Virus record (IMG/VR): IMGVR_UViG_3300047667_000558
Span: 2,278 to 66,277 of that record
Length of the DNA stretch: 64,000 bases
Source: a virus
Strand: one strand, 5' to 3'
This document shows positions 59,338 through 64,000 of the stretch, in pieces. A program made the position numbers and the translations under genes. The notes under the pieces were generated by a model. The model was not told where the DNA came from and did not search any database. It was given only the letters and a program-made list of their open reading frames with translations. Each line of letters starts with the position of its first letter. The stretch's first letter is position 1.

Positions 59338-60124
59338 CGCGCATCCCTGCGAAGGTAGTCTTGGCTAGTTTGTCGTTGTCACCAATGATAGCCGATATAA
59401 ATTCATAATTCAAGTTGGAACTCAAAAATTCTAATGCTCGCATATCTTTTGGAAAACATGCACCAGCATAACCACGAGAATGTTCACTAACGTCTAGGTA
59501 TTCATCAGGCAATCCATTACGTGTAACAAATCCATTTTTAATTTTATCGTAATCAACATCTTCAAACTGTTGTGCAATGTCGTAAAATAAATTACCAAAA
59601 ATAACACGCATTGCTCCAAAACTATTGTGCATATATTTAATTGCTTCTGCTTCAGTAGGATTTAACCGCAAGAACTTTTTTGAAATCTTACCGTGACTTC
59701 TAATAATTATATCACTGACGTGTAGGTCAGCTGCGCCAATAATCAATACTTCGTTATTAAATTCAAAATCGTATGCTGCACAACGCTCTTTCATAAACTC
59801 CGGAACAAATGCAATATTCGTATTTTTATATTTGTCAATAAATGATTGTGTTGTACCTGGAGTTATCGTACTCTTAATTGCAATTACACCAGTATAATTT
59901 AAATCCAACAACTCAACGACACAATTTTCAATAATTGATGTGTCGCACTGTCCACTGTCAAGCGCGGGACTAGGAACAGAAATATATACAATTTCAGCTT
60001 GCAATAATGATTCAATTGTTGTATCATATTTTATGTCGTGGGTTAACACTTTAAAGCCTTGATTTAAAAACCCATGCTCCATTGCATTGCCCACAACGCC
60101 CATTCCGATTATGCCTATTTTCAT
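59330..60124 (-). CDS. ugd: UDP-glucose/GDP-mannose dehydrogenase family protein, short form
   Basis: GMGVVG Rossmann, IKSTITPGTT, PEF.KE, EAEAIKY..N, GYAGACFPKD (catalytic Cys). Confidence 0.85.
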   Translation of the reverse strand: MKIGIIGMGVVGNAMEHGFLNQGFKVLTHDIKYDTTIESLLQAEIVYISVPSPALDSGQCDTSIIENCVVELLDLNYTGVIAIKSTITPGTTQSFIDKYKNTNIAFVPEFMKERCAAYDFEFNNEVLIIGAADLHVSDIIIRSHGKISKKFLRLNPTEAEAIKYMHNSFGAMRVIFGNLFYDIAQQFEDVDYDKIKNGFVTRNGLPDEYLDVSEHSRGYAGACFPKDMRALEFLSSNLNYEFISAIIGDNDKLAKTTFAGMRDE

Positions 60125-60969
60125 GTTAATATCCTCTTAATACCTTGTTCGAATGATGTGAATTCATATTCACCAATCACCGATAATAATTTTGTTAAGT
60201 CCGCTGCCCGATGCTTAACACTGCCAGTTTTGCCAGCGACGTTGGCCAATAATGACTTATCTGTCCCAATGTGGTCACAGATAATCTGTGCGGCATGCAG
60301 GATGGATATATCAACGTCTGACCCTATGTGTAGTATTTCATCATGCAGTGCATACACTTTAGTTATGATATCTATCGCGTCGTCAATGTAACAGAAGCTT
60401 CTATGCTCGTCGTAACCAAACACACGATAGTCACCATTGGTAACTCTGTCAATAAATTCAGGAATAAAGTGCAACTGTTGTCCTTTGCCATAAATGTTAT
60501 GAAACCGTAAAATGTTGTATGTGTGGCCGAATTGTTTACTATGTCCAATGACAGCACTTTCCATTGCAATCTTTGCCGCTGCATAACTCCATCTTACATT
60601 GGTGATATCGTCAATAACCAGCGGTGTCGTTTCTGCGGTAGGCACTGGTGTGATCCCTAAGTTGACGCCGCCTGCATACGATTCACTTGTGCCCGCATAC
60701 ACAAAGTGTGCATTGGGATATCGATCAAGTAAGTTCATGGTTGGCCTGACTATAGACGTGGTTACGTCATATGGTGTGGTGTAGAAATTTGCAGTACTGT
60801 TGAACGCAGCTAAATGAATTACCGTATCAACATCTGGCAACGACCGGACAAACTCAGGATCAGTCAAGTCTCCATTGTATTGTGTGTCGGTAAAGTCTGT
60901 TGTGATAACTGGTAAAATTTTGGATAAGTGTGAGCCGATAAATCCATTGGCCCCTGTTAATAAAATCAT
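60121..60969 (-). CDS. NAD-dependent NDP-sugar epimerase/dehydratase (extended SDR)
   Basis: TGANGFIG, HLAA, TSESY, YAAAK, RFHNIYG, RSFCYIDD. Confidence 0.88.
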   Translation of the reverse strand: MILLTGANGFIGSHLSKILPVITTDFTDTQYNGDLTDPEFVRSLPDVDTVIHLAAFNSTANFYTTPYDVTTSIVRPTMNLLDRYPNAHFVYAGTSESYAGGVNLGITPVPTAETTPLVIDDITNVRWSYAAAKIAMESAVIGHSKQFGHTYNILRFHNIYGKGQQLHFIPEFIDRVTNGDYRVFGYDEHRSFCYIDDAIDIITKVYALHDEILHIGSDVDISILHAAQIICDHIGTDKSLLANVAGKTGSVKHRAADLTKLLSVIGEYEFTSFEQGIKRILT

Positions 60970-60990
60970 AGGTGAACCTTTTGTTACTGA

Positions 60991-61007
60991 TATTTATATC
61001 ATAAATA
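60991..61007. promoter_or_regulatory. Divergent late promoters: TATAAATA on the minus strand (60991-60998) and CATAAATA on the plus strand (61000-61007)
   Basis: Sequence TATTTATATCATAAATA lies between divergent ATGs at 60969 and 61013. Confidence 0.7.
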
Positions 61008-61012
61008 TTTGC

Positions 61013-62239
61013 ATGAAATTATTGCATTTTTATTTTGACAACGAGAAATCACAACACAATGGCTTAGACAATGGCACAGTCCACTATATTTCAGAATTGA
61101 CAAATACCGATCCAGGTATTATGATTTGTGGGAAGAATTTATTTACTCACAACTTTATGGATTCAAAAGGAGTGACGTGGATTCCTGCGGATGACTCTGA
61201 ACGGTATTTTTATCCAATATGTTGCACACATCCAATGAATGATTCCTTGCTCAATAACAGGTACACTGGTTACGCGTTCTTTAATATTCCCGACAAAGTT
61301 ATAACCGATTGTCGCAATAATGACGCACGGGTGTTACTGTTTGAAACTTGGGAAGGCGACCCTTGGTGGCATTATATGGAAATGATCACCGATATTTGTA
61401 GAAACAACACAGGCTTAAAGCCTTGTCATTTCATTGTTGTTTCTGGTAACTTAGCAATGCCCATCGATGCGCCCTTCGCGCATGTCGACTTAATGTGGTT
61501 TCAAACAATAACGCAACCGAACGTAGACTTTGCGCACATTAAACATCTGATAGAAACCAACACAGTTCGGCCAAATCATTTCTTGCTTATGAACAGACGT
61601 CCTGCACCACACAGACTTGCAATAATACACCATCTTTGGGAACACCGCAGCCAAGGCGCAATAAGCTTTGCTGTGTGGCCCGACATGATAGATGGCATGT
61701 ATCACAGAACACAAGAACTTTATGAGTTAGATGCTGACAAATTGACAATTATTAAAAACAACTTGCCTTTGCGCCTCGGCGATAATGTCGATCCAGAAAC
61801 AAATCCAGTAGTTGATTACAGTGTTCAAAAATTCCTAGACTCACATTTACAAGTTATTCCTGAAACATTTTATGGATGTAAACAAACTGAAGAACAGATG
61901 TTTTTTTCAGAAAAAACATTTAAACCTATGCAGTTTTTGCAACCATTTGTGCTAATAAATTATGTCAATAGTCTTGTTGCATTAAGAGAAGCAGGGTATG
62001 AAACATTTTCTAAATGGATAAATGAAGATTACGACGCCATTGAGAATTTGCAGGATAGAACACTTGCCGTTGGCGAAACAGTTAAAGAATTTTGCACGTT
62101 GTCACCAAAGGATGCAGCTAATATACGAAAAGATATGCTACCTGTTTTGGAGCACAATTATCATCAACGTATTAAAAATTCTAATGAACTTGACAATAAC
62201 ATGTATGGACGATTGCATGCTGCATTTAAAGTAATTTAA
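61013..62239 (+). CDS. GT10-like protein, paralogue 2
   Basis: NRRP..HR, IPET...FFSEKTFKP....PF, GYETF..WI.EDYD. Start MKLLHF at 61013. Confidence 0.65.
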   Translation: MKLLHFYFDNEKSQHNGLDNGTVHYISELTNTDPGIMICGKNLFTHNFMDSKGVTWIPADDSERYFYPICCTHPMNDSLLNNRYTGYAFFNIPDKVITDCRNNDARVLLFETWEGDPWWHYMEMITDICRNNTGLKPCHFIVVSGNLAMPIDAPFAHVDLMWFQTITQPNVDFAHIKHLIETNTVRPNHFLLMNRRPAPHRLAIIHHLWEHRSQGAISFAVWPDMIDGMYHRTQELYELDADKLTIIKNNLPLRLGDNVDPETNPVVDYSVQKFLDSHLQVIPETFYGCKQTEEQMFFSEKTFKPMQFLQPFVLINYVNSLVALREAGYETFSKWINEDYDAIENLQDRTLAVGETVKEFCTLSPKDAANIRKDMLPVLEHNYHQRIKNSNELDNNMYGRLHAAFKVI

Positions 62240-62254
62240 ATTTGCGTATCGTCA

Positions 62255-63562
62255 TTATGTGTTGAAAAACCTTAATAAAATTTCCGTCAAATCTGTGGTG
62301 GACGACTTTAATTCAGAGCGTGTGACTAAATGTACATTTTGTAATAACCCAGGAAGCATGTCATATAACATCTGACTCCATTCTTTTTGCGGAATATTGT
62401 GTAGGCGATCTAATTCAGCTAAAAACATTTTCAATCGGTCACCGTGATCGGTCACCTCATCGTAGCTGTGGTCGACCCACTTGTCAAATGTATCATATCC
62501 ACGATACCTTAGTGTTTTAATAGTATGCTTGTTTCCAAATATAATAAATGGTTGCATCATGTAAAATGGTTTATATGATTTCTCAGTAATGAACGTTCGT
62601 TTAAAATTATTTTTTTCAGTGTGGAACGGAATAGTCTCAGTAACAATATGAAAGCTAGAGTGCAATGCATGTTCAAAATTAATGGAAGATGCCTGGTTTT
62701 CAGTTAAGTCAATATCATCCTCTGCAAATTGCGTTTTTAATGCAGTATCCCGCGAAATAAGAGATTTAAATTCTGGTTCCAAATATTCAAAATGATTATG
62801 CGTATCATAGCTTTTAAGTCGTGCACCATCCATTGGCATGCAATAACTATGAATACTGTTTATGTCGTGTTTTTTATATTGTAAATGTGCAATAACAATT
62901 GCTCTGTGCATTCTTGGCTGGAAGTTGTAACATATACTCGTGTATGAGTTTATTTTTTTGTTGTACAAATCTGTACTTTTCTTGGAAATAAAATCTGTTA
63001 CGGTTGCATCCTCGATAGACCTATAACAGAAATAAAATAGATTGCTTGCATTAATTACGTTAATGTTATAAGTCTCTCTTACAAAGTCAGCCCCTAGATT
63101 AACTACTCCAGGGACGCCAACTTCTGTCCCTGTAGCATATGTTAAATTTTGGGGGTGAGATTGGCAGTTTAGTCCATGTAATAATTTATCAAAATCTATG
63201 AAATCATTCATAAATCCTTCGGCAGGCCAAGAGACAATCCAATGAACTAATCCAGATTCACTATCGTTCCAAATCCGTGCTGGCATAGGCAGGGTATCAT
63301 GTGTGTCCAGTGTGGGCAAGTTGTATACAGGATGGTCGGTCATCCAGTTATAATGTGATCGAGATTTTAAAAAATCAAACCCTACTTCCAATGATATACA
63401 ATATTTTTCGCCGATGGCAATTTCATCTAAATTTAAAAATGTAAAAAGGTTTAATTGATTAAACATTAAATTGAATAGTTCTATTTTACGGTGGAGGAAT
63501 GTTCCCGTTCCCGTCTCGTCCATACCAAAACTTTGGTAATCTCCCTGTAAAATTTTAAACAT
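62255..63562 (-). CDS. GT10-like protein, paralogue 3
   Basis: N..PR.HR, IVTET...FITEKSYKP....PF..G, GYDTFD.W.D.SYD. Confidence 0.65.
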   Translation of the reverse strand: MFKILQGDYQSFGMDETGTGTFLHRKIELFNLMFNQLNLFTFLNLDEIAIGEKYCISLEVGFDFLKSRSHYNWMTDHPVYNLPTLDTHDTLPMPARIWNDSESGLVHWIVSWPAEGFMNDFIDFDKLLHGLNCQSHPQNLTYATGTEVGVPGVVNLGADFVRETYNINVINASNLFYFCYRSIEDATVTDFISKKSTDLYNKKINSYTSICYNFQPRMHRAIVIAHLQYKKHDINSIHSYCMPMDGARLKSYDTHNHFEYLEPEFKSLISRDTALKTQFAEDDIDLTENQASSINFEHALHSSFHIVTETIPFHTEKNNFKRTFITEKSYKPFYMMQPFIIFGNKHTIKTLRYRGYDTFDKWVDHSYDEVTDHGDRLKMFLAELDRLHNIPQKEWSQMLYDMLPGLLQNVHLVTRSELKSSTTDLTEILLRFFNT

Positions 63563-64000
63563 TGCGCGTATTACCATAATGTATCACAGTCACACCGTTG
63601 TTTTCATACGTGCGCCAAGGATCGACCACTACACTGCCATCAGGAATATCACAGTAAGATTGCTCAGTTTGCTCTTTGCCCAGATACATATATGTAGTGG
63701 CCGCATTATGTGCCATTAAAAATACACATGGTGCGGGTGAGTCATGAATGTCACCAGTCAATGGATCAGCATACGACGGAGTAATGCCCAACTCTTCACA
63801 AAAATGCCCCACTAGCAAACTATAACTGCCGTCAACATACGCCACGCCAGGCTTATATGCCTTGCCATGAATGACAATACGCATGCTGTTAAGCTCTGCC
63901 TCAGCCACCAAACGTTTGGCAACATTTTTTGCTTGAATGTCGCGTGCGTTCATAATAGCATCAAACAAGTCATACCCAAGGTCTAATTTGTCCGCCATGT
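63555..64000 (-). CDS. C-terminal part of a second NDP-sugar dehydrogenase (UDP-binding domain); 5' end is outside the window
   Basis: LGYDLFDAIM..R..Q, G.AYKP.V....GS.SL, DP, and VVDPW. Confidence 0.7.
   Translation of the reverse strand, partial: MADKLDLGYDLFDAIMNARDIQAKNVAKRLVAEAELNSMRIVIHGKAYKPGVAYVDGSYSLLVGHFCEELGITPSYADPLTGDIHDSPAPCVFLMAHNAATTYMYLGKEQTEQSYCDIPDGSVVVDPWRTYENNGVTVIHYGNTRNV

Noticed and set aside
1-64000. Stop-codon reassignment
   Set aside because: Genes tile densely in the standard code, and TAA, TGA and TAG all end plausible genes.
1-64000. tRNA, rRNA or structured ncRNA genes
   Set aside because: Intergenic gaps are short and accounted for by promoters and leaders; no cloverleaf or T-loop signature was seen by eye (a tRNAscan/Infernal run would be decisive).

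Overview
This window is part of a large T4-like (RaK2/GAP32-type jumbo-like) myophage genome; no host or taxonomy can be read directly from the sequence. 1-2.9 kb: gp46/gp47 recombination nuclease, a MazG-like gene and the gp55-like late sigma factor on the minus strand, with consensus sigma70 promoters. 3-25.7 kb: baseplate operon (hub, LysM wedge, gp5 spike with an M15 peptidase, a degenerate lysozyme, gp25, gp6, and a 3,572-aa wedge), interrupted by an antisense early-promoter island of six paralogous HRxDGPA-repeat genes. 25.7-43.5 kb: six tandem fibre/receptor-binding cassettes, each with its own TAAATA late promoter and usually a fibre + tip + chaperone layout. Four share a near-identical leader, the fibres use shared N-terminal heads, and there are visible recombination scars. 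43.5-46.7 kb: three more structural genes. 46.7-64 kb: a glyco-modification region (GT-A and GT10-like transferases, radical SAM, NDP-sugar dehydrogenases/epimerases, C-methyltransferase, aminotransferase, cupin, sulfotransferase), part of it behind a perfect TATAAATA late promoter. Best candidates for an undescribed system: (1) the leader-delimited, recombining fibre cassette array and its possible docking peptides on the giant baseplate protein; (2) the self-coupling HRxDGPA paralogue array; (3) a late-expressed pathway for methylated/aminated/sulfated glycans, possibly for virion decoration. All product calls come from motif recognition by eye; no database search was run.
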